A stretch of DNA of 63,574 nucleotides, the filler included. It is 12 parts of 12 records of this genome, joined end to end, with 100 filler letters (N's around TTAATTAATTAA, not from the genome) between each part and the next. Parts side by side here need not be neighbours in the genome. Positions count along the whole stretch, not along the records: positions 19,363 to 24,267 come from SRR7504441_7843; positions 24,368 to 32,271 come from SRR7504441_7845; positions 32,372 to 35,428 come from SRR7504441_7846; positions 35,529 to 44,755 come from SRR7504441_7870; 8 more parts are not named here. The stretch is one strand, 5' to 3'. The position numbers and the translations under genes are program-made. Under the pieces are notes generated by a model. The model had not been told where the DNA came from, did not search any database, and saw nothing but the letters and a program-made list of their open reading frames with translations. Positions 22,970 to 35,583 of this stretch are shown one piece after another; the first letter of the stretch is position 1, and each line of letters begins with the position of its first letter.

Positions 22970-23131
22970 AATACTGACCGCTATCCAGTATATATCCAGT
23001 AGCTGTCCAGAGAGCTCGCACAATCATTCACGGCCATGAGAGTGTGAATTAATACAAGTAGTTCGGAAGGTACTATATACATGTACTCGTAATTTCCCGC
23101 AAAAGTATAGCAAAAGTAATTCAAACTTGTG

Positions 23132-24267
23132 TCATAAGCTATCCAGCACGCTATCGCATCCGTCGGCCCATCGCACGAGCTGCCCGGCACTCGCATTAAA
23201 TTCTCGCTTCATGCTCTGCCCCCAGTTACTTTAACCTACTCACCCCATCCAGCCCGCACCTGCAGCATTTGTGCCTTTGCCCGCCAAGTTTGCGCGAGCT
23301 CTACCACCACCGCCTTGCCTTCCACGTCTCCTCGGGCGGCGAGCGCTCTCAGGGCTGACCGCAGCGAAGCCTCGGCCTCGCCGCAGCCTATCCGCGAATG
23401 CTGCAATGCCACCAGATCCTGCTCCAGCCGCTCCGCCATCTGCCCGGCCGAACAGCCGGCCCATTCCTCGGCCGAGTCCACAATCTGCTCGAACGGCCGT
23501 TTGCTCCGCGCCGCGGGCTTCTCCAGGCTGCCTATTGAGACACCGACCCCTCGGAGCTCGACCGGCTCTATCCCTATCTCCCGCCACAGCCTGCACAGCT
23601 CCGGGTAGACCTCGTCGTGGCTGCCCACCAGCCGGGCTAAGCTACAGCTCTTAGTGTGGTGGTGACAGATCCCGTGACCGACAGAGCCCTTGCGCATCGG
23701 AGGAGCGCCCTTCACAGCCTCCAGGATCTTTAGGCACACTGACCGGCCTTTCTTCCCGCACTTGTCCAGTCGAGCACACACCTGGCCGCCAGGCTGAGCC
23801 GGTGCCTCGCAGCCGGTGCCTCCAGGGCGAGTTTGGAGAGAAAGCCGAGAACGCCTTCTTCGTCCGAGTATCGCACGCCCCAGGTGATCTGAACACCAAC
23901 GGACTTTCGCTCGGCGTGCGGCTGCCAGACTCGCTTATCCAGCCCCCGGGCGAATTCTAGCAACTTGTCGGGCAACTTGAGCCTAGATAGCTCGGCTGGT
24001 CTCGCCCGCTCCAGCTGGAGGCAGGTGGTCAGCCCGGCCTGTATCACACTCAAAGCCGCCCGGTGCGGGGGGCGCCTGCTGCAGCTGTTTGAAGATCTTA
24101 GGCCCGACCCCGGGCAGCTCAGACACGCTGGCGCCGCCGATGAACTCCGCCACCTGCCCCAGATCGGCCCCGGACTTGAGCCGCGTGACGACCTCCGCAG
24201 GCGCGACCCAGAGCGCCCCGTCTGGCTTGGCCCGCTTTGTGGCCATCCGCGCCACCAGCCGGTTGGG
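23132..24267 (-). CDS. REV1: Y-family translesion polymerase REV1, 3' part (4 introns)
   Basis: LARMATKRAKPDG, LPGVG, RKSVGVQITWGVRY, GHGIC, ELRGVGV and a helical C-terminal domain; GC-AG introns 24039-24075 and 23782-23819. Confidence 0.88.
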
Positions 24268-24367
24268 NNNNNNNNNNNNNNNNNNNNNNNNNNNNNNNNN
24301 NNNNNNNNNNNTTAATTAATTAANNNNNNNNNNNNNNNNNNNNNNNNNNNNNNNNNNNNNNNNNNNN

Positions 24368-24930
24368 CATCTGGTCCTCTGCAACGTGCGCACCGGTGCG
24401 CCGGTATCATCTGAAAGGTCGACCAACTCACGAGCAGCAAAATGCTGCTGTAATTCATTCAGCTCATTGCGTAGGTCATCGGGTATCTGCTGAGTTGGCA
24501 CTGCATCAGGTGAAAACCAAGCGCCGTCAATAGCATTGAGCTCACAGCTGCTATCATTGGTGGTAAGTTTATCTGCTGTCGACGAGAGACTGTCATCAGC
24601 GACAAACTCAGCTCCCTTCACAGGTGTCCACAAATCGCTTGCTATGATATCTGTGCCGTTGATCTCGATGGTATCTCTAGACTCGAAACCCAAATCCAGT
24701 AAGGTATGAAACTTTTCAGTAGGGCCAAGGTCGTTGAGGCGAGTGCCCTGGTAACTGAATTCGCAGCTGTCCGCATTATGTATCAGCATGGACAAAACCT
24801 CTCGGATTTCCACCACAGACGACTCGACATCGATACCTCGTGTCAGAAGCATACTGCTGCCACATATAAAGACAATCTCATTTGGCTCGAAGAATGATGA
24901 GACAGACGATCTCTGCAGTCGAGCCATCAC
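24368..24930 (-). CDS. Exon encoding a ubiquitin-like domain; either the continuation of the upstream giant gene or a separate truncated gene
   Basis: IDVESSVVEIREVL...FSYQGTRLND...TLLDLGFESRDTIEI matches the Ubl pattern; preceded by a TTTAG acceptor. Confidence 0.55.
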
Positions 24931-25134
24931 CTAAAGAGCTCCCATCGGCTTTCACCACATGCTGCTTAGCTGACCTGTTGCGATGATAGGTCCTCCAGGC
25001 CCGGGGTGATAAAGTCCAGCCAGAACTGGCTCTCGACTATACCTGCACAAACTTGCTACCCAGCTCGAGGCAACCGGTGTCACCTGGCTCTCCCAAAGTG
25101 CTTTGTGCCTGGAAGCAATTGTGCTCGGTGGTAT

Positions 25135-28100
25135 TCAGTCTGCGCCATGAGAAAATAGGCCATGACCTGCAGCCCCACACCCTAAGGCACGCATAGCGTA
25201 CACATGACACCTGCGATCCAACCCAAGCACATCAGGATACCCGCCCTCTTTATTATCGGCGAGCACGTCGTCGATGCCTTTCGCAGCGTGGGCTGAAAAC
25301 TCCATGTAGCTACAGAACTGCTCCTTGGTATAAGCTTCTGTGCTCACCTGCCAATCCAGAAATTGCTAAGGTGGACACATTTGCGAAGGCAACCTGGTGG
25401 AATGGGAAAAGCCCTCCCGGTGTCACCCAACATGGATGATTCCGTGCAGATTCCTCGCTAAGGTATGTGATCATTCGCCTGCCAGCAAGTTAAATGTAGT
25501 AGCTCTGCAAGCACCGTTCATGTTCCGACAATTCGCCCTTCACAAGTGCTATACAGGCCATTCCACGGCGTTCTGCATCCGAAGTTCCCGTATCCAACTT
25601 CGCGTCTTTATCCTTCTGCACGAACGAGCCCCGCCCACTCTGCTCGTGCAGTAAGTGAGCAGCAGCCATTTTTGCCTTTGGATAATGGGCTTTGAGATGC
25701 AGCACGTCGCGGTATGAGTGCCGCAGGGACCAGCCATACTGCCAACACACCTGCAGCCCAGAATTAATGTAAGCACAACTGGCAGTGTAGCCACCGAGTC
25801 TGATTCAGCCAAGAATTTGAGCCAGCTTCCTTGGGTGCCTCGGTTGGCCCAGAAGTGGGCCGGCTCATCATAGAAGGTGAGCTGCACCAACGGCAGGCAA
25901 TTAGATAGAGCCTCAGTCCCGATCATTGCTCGCTCGTGTGGATCCTTTACAGGTCGTAGGTCGAATCGACGGATCGGAAAAGCCAGCAACAGCCCATGTT
26001 TTTGTATTTGGGCGTATGCCTTGATGGCCACACTGTTTATGAGCACAGTGGATTCCTCAGCGGCTTCCAATTCGTAGCATTTTGTACAGATATAAGAATC
26101 TTTGCCACACACCTGTGCACGGCTGATCAAGCCAGCAGTTCCTCCCTATCAATAGTTTCTCACTTTATGGACTGGGAGGTGACATAGTTGCGCAGTGTTG
26201 CATCGGAGACAGCGATAGCAGGGTGGTTTAGATTGCGTCGCACATATCCTCAGCCCACACTGCTCCACCAAATTTGCTACCTACCAGAGAATGTGACTTT
26301 TGATGCAATACACCGGGGTCACCTCTTCCACCAGTGGCAGGACGCATTTCGACGACAGCGCATCCGTGTAAGCCTAAGATGCATACGTGAATATACAAGT
26401 AATGCCCTTTTGTGCGTACCTGAACACGAGGAGCTAACGAGACAAGCACGCGGCGGGTAGGATGAAGCCCAAATTCAAGCATCTGTACCACCGCTCGCTC
26501 AGCATGCCAGCCTCGTTTGAATGAAATCTCGAGCTCTCGCAGTACAGATTTTTCGTCGTCCCCGGGGGCTTTCAGCCACTGGGTTTTCAGCACAGTGTTC
26601 TCACGAATACCGGTGATATCACACAAATGCCTTGTGAGCTGTTCTGGTGGAAGATTGATCAGCTGCGGCAGGAGAGCGCGAACTTCATCCACACCGAGGC
26701 ATCTGCACACGATATAACAAGTCATTATGCACCAATCGGGTGCTTCTCAACCCACCGAGTATAAAACGCCAGGTGAACAACAGGCGCTTTCACCAGACAT
26801 GGGGCAGTAGTGGAGCACTTGAGGCTTTTTAGCCGGCCATATACTTCAGGCGCACGCTGCAGCTTCTCGAGGGCCTCATTGAGGCATCCCTCAGAATTGA
26901 AGTACACGTATATGTGGTCGCGCAGGTAGCAATGTTGGCTAATGTGGCTATACCCACGAAGTCCTGATACTACCGGGCTCAGTTCCTCGAACACATTGGT
27001 CACAAATTCGGTCAAAATCTCTTTATGCTCTCGCGCTGAGCATGTGAGATCAAACAGCGCCTTGAGGTCCACCATGCACCGAGGCAAGAAGAAATCTTGA
27101 AGTGCTCTCTCCAGAGACAAAGTTTGTCCGTATTGCGGCTTGAAAAACTCTGACTTGCCAGCAGAAAATACCACATTTAGATCTCGCTTTGCGCAATGCA
27201 TCATGTTGATGATGCTGGCCTGGTCTCGGCAGTCTTCGGACTCGACGGCAATGATCCGACGGCACTGACGACGCAGCAGTGGGACTATTCCGGTGTTGCA
27301 GTAGTGTCCTCCATCGGCAAGAAACACAGTTTGAGGCTGGTTGTGCGAGAGAAGAGTAACATCTGCCACTTTGCAAACCCTGAACAAATATTTGAACACA
27401 GGCGAGAATCCCATGAAGTCGTAACACTTGTGGCCAGAGAGCCTAAGCGGGGCCAGAATCACTGCGTGGATTAGTATGACCAGCCAAAGAAGAATCACGA
27501 AAGCGAGCACAGGAACGACTGGGTAGCCATCATGGTCGAGACAAGAGTATCCACCAGGGAACCACATCTGAGTCCCGTTGAATCGTGCGGCCTGGATCGA
27601 TTTGCACCCTTCGCATATATCCAAGATCTGGGCAATACATAGTGCCATCACTGCCCACTCAGCAAGGGCTGCAGCAAAGACTCGATCACCAAATATTGCC
27701 GAGTACACTGTACTGCCGAGTGCGAGTGCACGACCACGCCCTTGCATCGGCGAGGCCCACCGAAATGATCTCCCGGTCTCTAGACCGAGGATGCCAATAA
27801 AAAGTTCGGCCATATTGCCCAAGTGAAAATCGGAAGAAAAGTGTCCCAGGCTAGACGAGGTTGCAGCACCGCTCATCTCCATGGCAACGCCAAATGTCAT
27901 ATTCTCACCAGGATCCACTGACAAGATTCCAGGTTCGGGCTGCGGCATATGCTTTTTCCAGCCAACCATGTCAGAGCCCCACGACAGCGGGGTGATCTCA
28001 AACAGACAAAAGCTTGGTGGCAATTCGGGGTCTGTGTTAACCAATGTGATGGTGTTGTGCTGAGTTGCATTGTTGATGACAAGTGGCGCGCCCTTTCGCA

Positions 28101-31100
28101 TCAATTTAGGACGAGATGCCTGGTAAGTTACCGAAACCTTTGGGAATAGCAAACGCATATTGAATCGATTTGGGCGATAGATTGCTTCTGGATGCAAAAA
28201 TGTTCTCTCGAGCTTTTGTTGCTGGAGCCAACCAAGAGTGCTCACCACCGTTTTCATGAAGTTTCGGGTGACAAACTGGAACCCGATGCAGGTTAGCACA
28301 AGCGGCGCAAAAATGTTCTTCCATACGTCCAGGCCATGGTCTGGGTTGATAGTCACGTCCTGTTCGCATCGGTAGCAGGTCCGGCCGATGGAGTCGGCAC
28401 AATTTTGTGTGAGGGCAGTCGTACACTCCCGTGATAAGCTATACACTCCGTCATACGAGTAGCAAGATGCATCCACTGCTTCACAAGGCGGCCAGTAGCA
28501 CCTGTCGTTCAGGTCAGCCAGGTGGGGACGTGTTTCAGCGTACCATGCCTGTTCCATATCCGGCTGAACAAGTTCACATCGAAAGTCTGCCAATAGGCTC
28601 AATCGTGCAGAAACTGGGTGTAGGCGTTGCACCTTTTGCGAGCGGTGCAGCCAAGTAAAAGAAGAACACGATGAGTTTCAAGGCCACATACTGGATAACA
28701 GTAGCAAACGCGAGCTGGCTTAGATCCCGACTCTTCAGGCGGTTTTGTATTGTAGCGACTACAGCAGACAGCATGAACAAGACTAGCTCGTAGGGGAGCT
28801 CAATATTGATGAAATCAACATCCAGCGACCCTCGCATTAATGGATTTGCACGATATATAAAATAGCCAAAAGTCAGGTAGAAAAACATGACGGCCATCAC
28901 GGACAGGATGCTGCAGAGTGCATGGAGCAGCGCTTTGAGCCCAACTGCGTTTGAGGATAGGTCAGTAGAGTACATAGAATATCGGTAGCAAACAAAACAC
29001 ACAATGAGATGATAAACGGCAAAGATTCCAGGTATCATGATGCTGATGTGTACAAGCTCGTCGTTTTGCATGCCGAGGATGGCCCAACATAGCAAGGTTT
29101 GACAGCCACATATCAGAACGAAGCTTACACAAAGAGCGGGCAGCTTGCAAAACAGCCAGGGCCTCTCAGATGCCCACTCTATGAAACCGCGAGAGATAAG
29201 AATCATTAGGAATATCGTCAGAAGTGTGACAATGTCGTCTGTACCCAAAGCAATCAGCTAGAACCGCAGTGGGGAGTGAAACCTCCTTCGTCGACTCCCA
29301 GTGTGCGCATAAGCACGAGCACTTGCAAAAAGGTACTGTAAAGTGTAAAGACGAGCAGTGTTGTAAACCAGGTCAAATTGAACATGATCAGCCCAATCAC
29401 ATGCCGAACGAACTTGAAAGTTACATAAGGAATATTTGCCTTGACCCTGTTGATTGTGCGATCAGTAGTCATTTGCATCCACGTCGACCACTTGCTCTTC
29501 CCGGGGTGGATTCCACTTTCAGAAGGCTGTGAGGAGTTCTCAGCATCCATCACATCGACCGTCTGGTCATCCTCGAAGCAAATTCCAGAAACCAACTGAA
29601 AGCAAAAAGTCAGCCAGCATGCCGTGATAAGATGAAGGCACCGAGTTAGCAGCATAACCCCCACCGCTAACTGACGATACATAATCCACATGTGATATAG
29701 TGACCTGCTTCGTAACTGAGCCTTCATGATTGGGATTCGACAAATAGTGTAAGAGCCCAAATGCTTGTCCTGCTGCTCGGACCCCGCCGCCAGAGAAGCA
29801 TACCCCAACCGCCTCTGGGTTCTGAAGCAGGCTACCCTGGTCGATGCGAGCCACCGCGCCAGCTTCTTCTCGGAGTAAGTCAGTTGTGGCTGCAAAGTCG
29901 AAATCGTATAAATGGTGGAGCGTTGCACAGCTTCTAGACCTTTGCTGTGCAACAAAAAGAATGGTGTTAATCACTGAGATTGCCTGTAGAGAATTCTGCA
30001 ACGCTTGATGAGCAAGTGACTGGAGCAGCTCACCCCGGACGGTGAGGGAGTCTTCGGCTATGGACCACCTGTAGACAATAATCAACACAACCAAATAGAT
30101 CCGCGCAGCACCAATTAACTCGAGCCAGCGACTCTTCCAACCGCGCTATATTCTTGGTTGTCCAAGACAAGAGCTCTGGGGTGCATCGTACATCCTCTAG
30201 CGTCCACTGCTCTTTCGGTTTCTGCAAAACAGATGTGTGCACAGTGCAGAGGTAATCGCTCAGTTGCTCCCAGACAACACCACCAGTTGCCTTCATGACT
30301 TGGGCCTCCACAGCTGGCGGCAGGAAACCTTCGACCAGTGCTTCTATGTCGGGGTAGTGCTGCGGTCCAACACACCACTGCAACATATATAGCAATCCCT
30401 CCTTATCTAAGCTATGATGAGGAACTTTCTCAACAGTGAAGAAGCCAAAAATGCAGCGAAGCTGTGCAACTATGAGGCTCTCCCTGCGATGCCGCAGCAA
30501 AAGACCTATCTGCCGCGTCTCAGGGTCACTGTAGGTCCTGGTGAGACGGAGATGGTCGGAACGATAGCTTTTGGTCTCACCATCAAGTTCCACCTTGACC
30601 ATCCCATTCCATTCAGGGTCTGTCACAATCGCACTGCGGCCGTGGAATGAGCTTCCTGGCTTGATAATTTCAACCTCATCATCCGCGACTAGTCCGTCCA
30701 GCCAGGCCCTTCCCGCTTCATGCCATACCGAAGCGCAGGGAGAGCCTGGCATATCCGACACATTGGCGTCTTGCTTTTCATCGTTCTCTTTCTGATGTGT
30801 GCAAAGAAGAGCAAGTCCGGTAAAAAACTCGCGGTATGACAAGGTGTCTCCAATCGAGAAGCGATCAAACAATCGCCGAATGTTCTTGCAGAGCATCCGC
30901 GACTCGCGCTGATGTTTTGCCTGTCTGATAGACCTGCCGAGCACTCGCTCCAGGCAACGCTGGCAGTTGTCAAAGTCAATCTCACTCGACAGCAGGTGCT
31001 TCTCGATCATCTCCTCCGCCTTGAAGACAGCCTCTAATCGGTCCAGCCGGACGCACACCATATTGTTCAAAATCCGCCACTGGACCCAGTCTGAGAACGT

Positions 31101-32204
31101 GTCATTCCAACGCTGAAGCCGCACGAATCGACTGACCAGCATGCGCAGCCGCCACATGCAGACCATTTTGCGCACGGCGCCCATCGAGGAACTCTCGAGC
31201 CACATTGGCAGTACCAACGCCAGCAAACGGCTTTTGTATGGCGTAACCGGGCAAAAGCTGTTGGTGTGGGACCCTTGCTCTTCCTCCTTCTGCATTTCCT
31301 TCTGCAGCGACTCAAAGGTGGCCATCGCCTCTGGCTGGCTCCGGAGCTCCTGCTCGATCTCTTCAGTAGCCTGCCTCCGCAACCCGACAGCGATTTCCTG
31401 TGCCACCCGGTGACTGTCCAGGGCTGCAGAGAGTTCATCGGCTGCGTCATCGTCGACGAGGCTCGTTAAGCTCTTGGACCGGGTGGGGCTGGCGAGCACT
31501 TCCTCGGCCATGCTCGTACACAGTGAGACCTGTAGAAGCTGCTCGTAGTGCGCTGCAGCCGCCCGTCGGCACTGCGGCACACAGCATTTGGTCCTGCAGC
31601 AGCTCCGGAAATCATTCTGGTTCCGAATCACAGAATTGAGCACCACACCGAACAGCATATCCCTATGGCAGGCCGCCATCACCGCCAGCACGCACCGGTG
31701 GCAGCACGTGTGCTCCCCGATGCTCCCAGCTGCGCACTCCGGGCACCTGAGGCCGGTCTGAGTCAGCCCCCGGTGCGGCCCACCGCTCCGGCGAAAGCCG
31801 CGGAAGCTCGAACAGGGGCGTGCGCAGGATAGAGCCCAGCCAGAACCGGAGCTCGGCCCGCATCTCCTCCGGACGCAGGCGCATCTGACAGCAGTCAGCC
31901 GGGGCCTGTGCCGCATCGCACCGCCCACAGCCGGGCCTCGGGGGCCAGCCCGCCCCGCACGCGCGATATGGTCATGTGCACCTTGTACAGCAGCCGGGCA
32001 AACCGACGCCGGATCACTCGCTCCCTGTTGAGTGGTTGGTCGGCCGGGCTGTCGTGCAGCAGCCGGCAGATCGGATCCACCACTGCCTCGCGGATCCTAC
32101 GGTGGAGCGCCACCTGCGCAGTGCTGGCCGGGGCGGCCGGGCGGCAGTGGTGCCTGTCTCCGGAACACCACGTAGAGCATCTCGTCCAGCTCCCGCTCGG
32201 TCAT
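25135..32204 (-). CDS. Giant multi-exon EF-hand-like, multi-TM cPLA2/patatin-like phospholipase
   Basis: GVCFSGGGVRAA, VDYVSSVSGGGY, FLADGGHYCNTG..LLRRQCRRII and LFPFHQ/VSTEAYTKEQFCSY; ORFs joined by more than 12 introns of 37-53 nt; both ends uncertain. Confidence 0.7.
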
Positions 32205-32371
32205 GGCGCCGGCCCGCGATCACCGGGCCGGCGGGCAGACCCCGGCTAGCGCACGTGCCGCAGATCCAGGCNNNNNNNNNNNNNNNNNNNNNNNNNNNNN
32301 NNNNNNNNNNNNNNNTTAATTAATTAANNNNNNNNNNNNNNNNNNNNNNNNNNNNNNNNNNNNNNNNNNNN

Positions 32372-34561
32372 TCGCCTGCTGAACTGGTCCCGCTGCTGGC
32401 TGCCGACTGGCCGGCAGTGGCGCGCTGGATCCTGCGGCACGCCGGGCCGCTGCACTGGCCGCTGGTGGAGCCGCTGCTCGAGCAGACCGGGGCGGACGGG
32501 CTGCTCAAGGCCGGGCTCGGCTGGTTCAGCCCGGCCGCCCACCCCAGCTTCACCCGGCGGCTGCTGCCGGAACTAGGCCGGTTGGCGGCTGATCGGGTGG
32601 AGCGGGTGGCGCTGCTGGCCGGATGGCTGGCGGCCCAATGGGACCGGACCGGGCTGGATCTGCCCCCGCCGGAGCGGTGCAGCAGGCCGGTGCTCGAGTG
32701 GCAGGAGGGGCCGCTCGATCGGCGGGAGCAGCACTGGCTGTCCGAGCTGGAGCTGGAGTTACCGCCCCCCAGCCCGATACCGCAGACTGCTGCGCCTGAC
32801 GCAATCCGACGGGCCGCCCAGGCCTACACCCCTGCCACCCCGCCGCCCGAGGCCGAGCCGGCTGTGCTGGCTGGGCTGCTTGAACTACTGGAGGTCGGGT
32901 TTGGTTGCCCAGTCGAGCGGTTTGCCGTCAGCTCGCTGATGTCTCAGCTGCTCCTCACTGCGCCCCCCCAGGCCGCTCAGGCCATCAGCGCCGCCTGTCC
33001 AGCCGCCCCAGCCGCCCAGCCGCCCGAGGAGCCGCCGAACTGGTCCGAGGAGCCGAGCCAGCCGCCTAGCCTGCTAGAGCGCGCGAGTGGAGCCGAGCTG
33101 CCGCAGCTGCTCGCAGAGCTCTGGGCCCGGCCAGACCCCGAAGCCGAGCAGACGGCCATGGCACAGCTGCTGGCCAGGCCGGACAAGCTGGCGATCGGCT
33201 CACGGGCGGTGCTTTACAGGAGCAGAACACGGCCGGTGGTGCCGAGCCGAGCGGCCGAGTTGAACAAGCTGTGCAGTCGGCTGGTGAACGGGGAGCCGGA
33301 GCTGGACGGACTGCTGGCGGCGGCGGTGAGGGACCCACGCGCGGTGGTGCACCGGCTGGTGGCCGACGCGGTGGGGGCGCCTGGGTTGCTGCCCGCGGTG
33401 GTGGAGCTGGCGCGGTTGATGCCGGCGCTGCTCAAGGCAGCTGACGAGCACGGGCTCGGGCTAGTGGCCAAGGCGGCGGCCGACCAAGTGCAGGCCGGCC
33501 GGTCGGCGGTGGGGCTGGCCAGGGCGCTGGTGCCGCTCTCGAACAGCCTGGCCGGCGAGCTGGTGCTGCTGGCTGCTGTCCCTGCGCTCCGTTGCTCAGG
33601 GCAGCCCCAGGCGGCCCGGGCGGCGGCTGGGCTGCTGCTGGCCTGTCTGGAGCTGAGCGATCGGATCCGGCCGGCCGCGCTCAAGGCGGGGCTCGGGTCG
33701 GCGTTGGAGCTGCTCCCGGCGCGGGGATGGCTCGGAGCTGAGGCGACCGAGCAGCTGCTGGCGGCGGTGGCGCTGATCCAGGCCAGGCTGGAACCGAGCC
33801 CGGGGCTGGTCAGCTGGCTGGGCGGGCTGGCTGAGCGGGCGGGGCCGCTGGTGGCGCTCCAACTGGCGGGGATACTCCCAGCGCCGGAGCTGGGCGAGCA
33901 TCCGCTGATGGCAGCCATCGGGCTGCTGCTCCGAGGGAGCCAGCGCGAGAGCCTTGCAGACCAGCAAGCGCTCGAAGAGCTGCTCCAGCCTGCCGGGCCT
34001 GTGGGCGGGCGCCGGCTGCTGCTGGCCGGTCTAGGGCTGGTCGGCCCGACGCTGGTGGCGCGCGAACTGGCCCGGCTGCTGGGGGGGATGCTGCCTGCGG
34101 TGGTGGCTGGGCTCGGGCTGAGCAGGCAAGTGCCCGACGGCCAGTGCACAGTGGGCGGGCACTCGGTCGGGGCGCTGACCGGGGGGCTGGGGCTGCTGAT
34201 GGACGGCCTGCGGCTGCAGCGGGTGCTGCACCAGCCGGACCTGCTGATCGGATGCACTCACCCGTTCAAAGGCGGGGCGCTGATCGGGATAGTGGTGGAG
34301 GCGGCCAACACGCTACGGGCGGAAGGCGGGCAGGCCGACAGGGGGCTGCTCCAGATCGGGTGCGAGGCCAGTGTGGGGGTGCAGCAGCAGGGCTGGCGAG
34401 AGCAGCTGTTCGTGTGGTCGATGGAGCTGGTCAAAGGGTTTGGGCACCTCGGGCTGGACTGCCTGAGCTGGCTGCAGCCCATAGTGAGCAGCAGCGGGTT
34501 CTCGGATGAGCAGCAGACGTTGCTACTCTCTCGGGTGGACGGACGGATACATGACTTGTAA
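32372..34561 (+). CDS. Leu/Ala-rich alpha-solenoid protein, 3' part (weak resemblance to Gemin4-like proteins)
   Basis: Open frame of more than 700 aa with strong GC3 bias and amphipathic helices; AAVRDPRAVVHRLVADAVGAPG...MPALL segment. Confidence 0.6.
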   Translation, partial: SPAELVPLLAADWPAVARWILRHAGPLHWPLVEPLLEQTGADGLLKAGLGWFSPAAHPSFTRRLLPELGRLAADRVERVALLAGWLAAQWDRTGLDLPPPERCSRPVLEWQEGPLDRREQHWLSELELELPPPSPIPQTAAPDAIRRAAQAYTPATPPPEAEPAVLAGLLELLEVGFGCPVERFAVSSLMSQLLLTAPPQAAQAISAACPAAPAAQPPEEPPNWSEEPSQPPSLLERASGAELPQLLAELWARPDPEAEQTAMAQLLARPDKLAIGSRAVLYRSRTRPVVPSRAAELNKLCSRLVNGEPELDGLLAAAVRDPRAVVHRLVADAVGAPGLLPAVVELARLMPALLKAADEHGLGLVAKAAADQVQAGRSAVGLARALVPLSNSLAGELVLLAAVPALRCSGQPQAARAAAGLLLACLELSDRIRPAALKAGLGSALELLPARGWLGAEATEQLLAAVALIQARLEPSPGLVSWLGGLAERAGPLVALQLAGILPAPELGEHPLMAAIGLLLRGSQRESLADQQALEELLQPAGPVGGRRLLLAGLGLVGPTLVARELARLLGGMLPAVVAGLGLSRQVPDGQCTVGGHSVGALTGGLGLLMDGLRLQRVLHQPDLLIGCTHPFKGGALIGIVVEAANTLRAEGGQADRGLLQIGCEASVGVQQQGWREQLFVWSMELVKGFGHLGLDCLSWLQPIVSSSGFSDEQQTLLLSRVDGRIHDL

Positions 34562-34740
34562 CTAACATTTGTTATTACTTGATAGTACTTATAGTATTAA
34601 TAATTAATGTTATAAACAAAGAACTAGCACTTGGCGCAAATTCGGACAGCCCACCCAGACCTGATCGGCGATGCACTCACTGCAGCTATAACGGCACCGC
34701 TTAGGCACCGCTCAAATGCACCGAGGAGCAGGCGCTGCGC

Positions 34741-35428
34741 TTGTTAGGATCCACTTTCATGAAGGCGCAGAATGGAGACAACGCTCGACGAAATTGCAGA
34801 ACACTTTCCAGTGACAACTGCGCGGCTGGCTTCAGGCAAGGGCAATGGTACTTTGGGCAAGTAATAAAGATCGACGAGACCGACCTCCTGCCGGTCGATC
34901 TTTGCATCCGGAACGCCCACGACGCTTCTGTGGCGTTCAAGAAGGGGTGGGACAAGTCGTGTTGGTCCAAGGGCGCCTTCAAGGTGGGCACACAGTGGGA
35001 GCATGTGGCTCGCGTGTGGCTCGAGAACGCCGACCGTAGCAAGTTCGCCGAGGACGCCGAGGAACGGTTCGCGGTGTGGATTCCCCGAGTGGCTCAACCG
35101 GAAGAACCCAAAGTGGTGCACCAACTTGAAGATCGGGCTCCATCACGAACACGTCAAGGCGCTGAACGAGGTGAGGGGTAGGCTGGTTGGGCTGGTGAAC
35201 GGCGGGCTCTTGAACGAAACGCACCGAACGCACGTGCCGGCGCTGAACACCGTGATCATGGGTGCTCTTCTCAATGTTCAGTGTTGTGGAGATGGACGAC
35301 AACAACAATCCCGTTGAGATTATTAGTCGAAGGCCGCTGGCAAGCCTTCCAGCGGCTGAGCGCCGAGCTAGCGCCTGCACGGGAGCTCAGTGCAGAGCGG
35401 ACAGCTCTGCGGGCCAAGAGCGCCAAGC
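34741..35428 (+). pseudogene. Degenerate coding sequence with at least 2-3 frameshifts
   Basis: Protein-like reading hops frames near 35084 (CCCC run), 35272 and 35330 with no intron-sized GT/GC-AG segment to explain it. Confidence 0.45.
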
Positions 35429-35583
35429 NNNNNNNNNNNNNNNNNNNNNNNNNNNNNNNNNNNNNNNNNNNNTTAATTAATTAANNNNNNNNNNNNNNNN
35501 NNNNNNNNNNNNNNNNNNNNNNNNNNNNTAGCATTTTTCGCATTAAAACGGATTATACCCTAGGTACAGGTTACGAGTACGTA

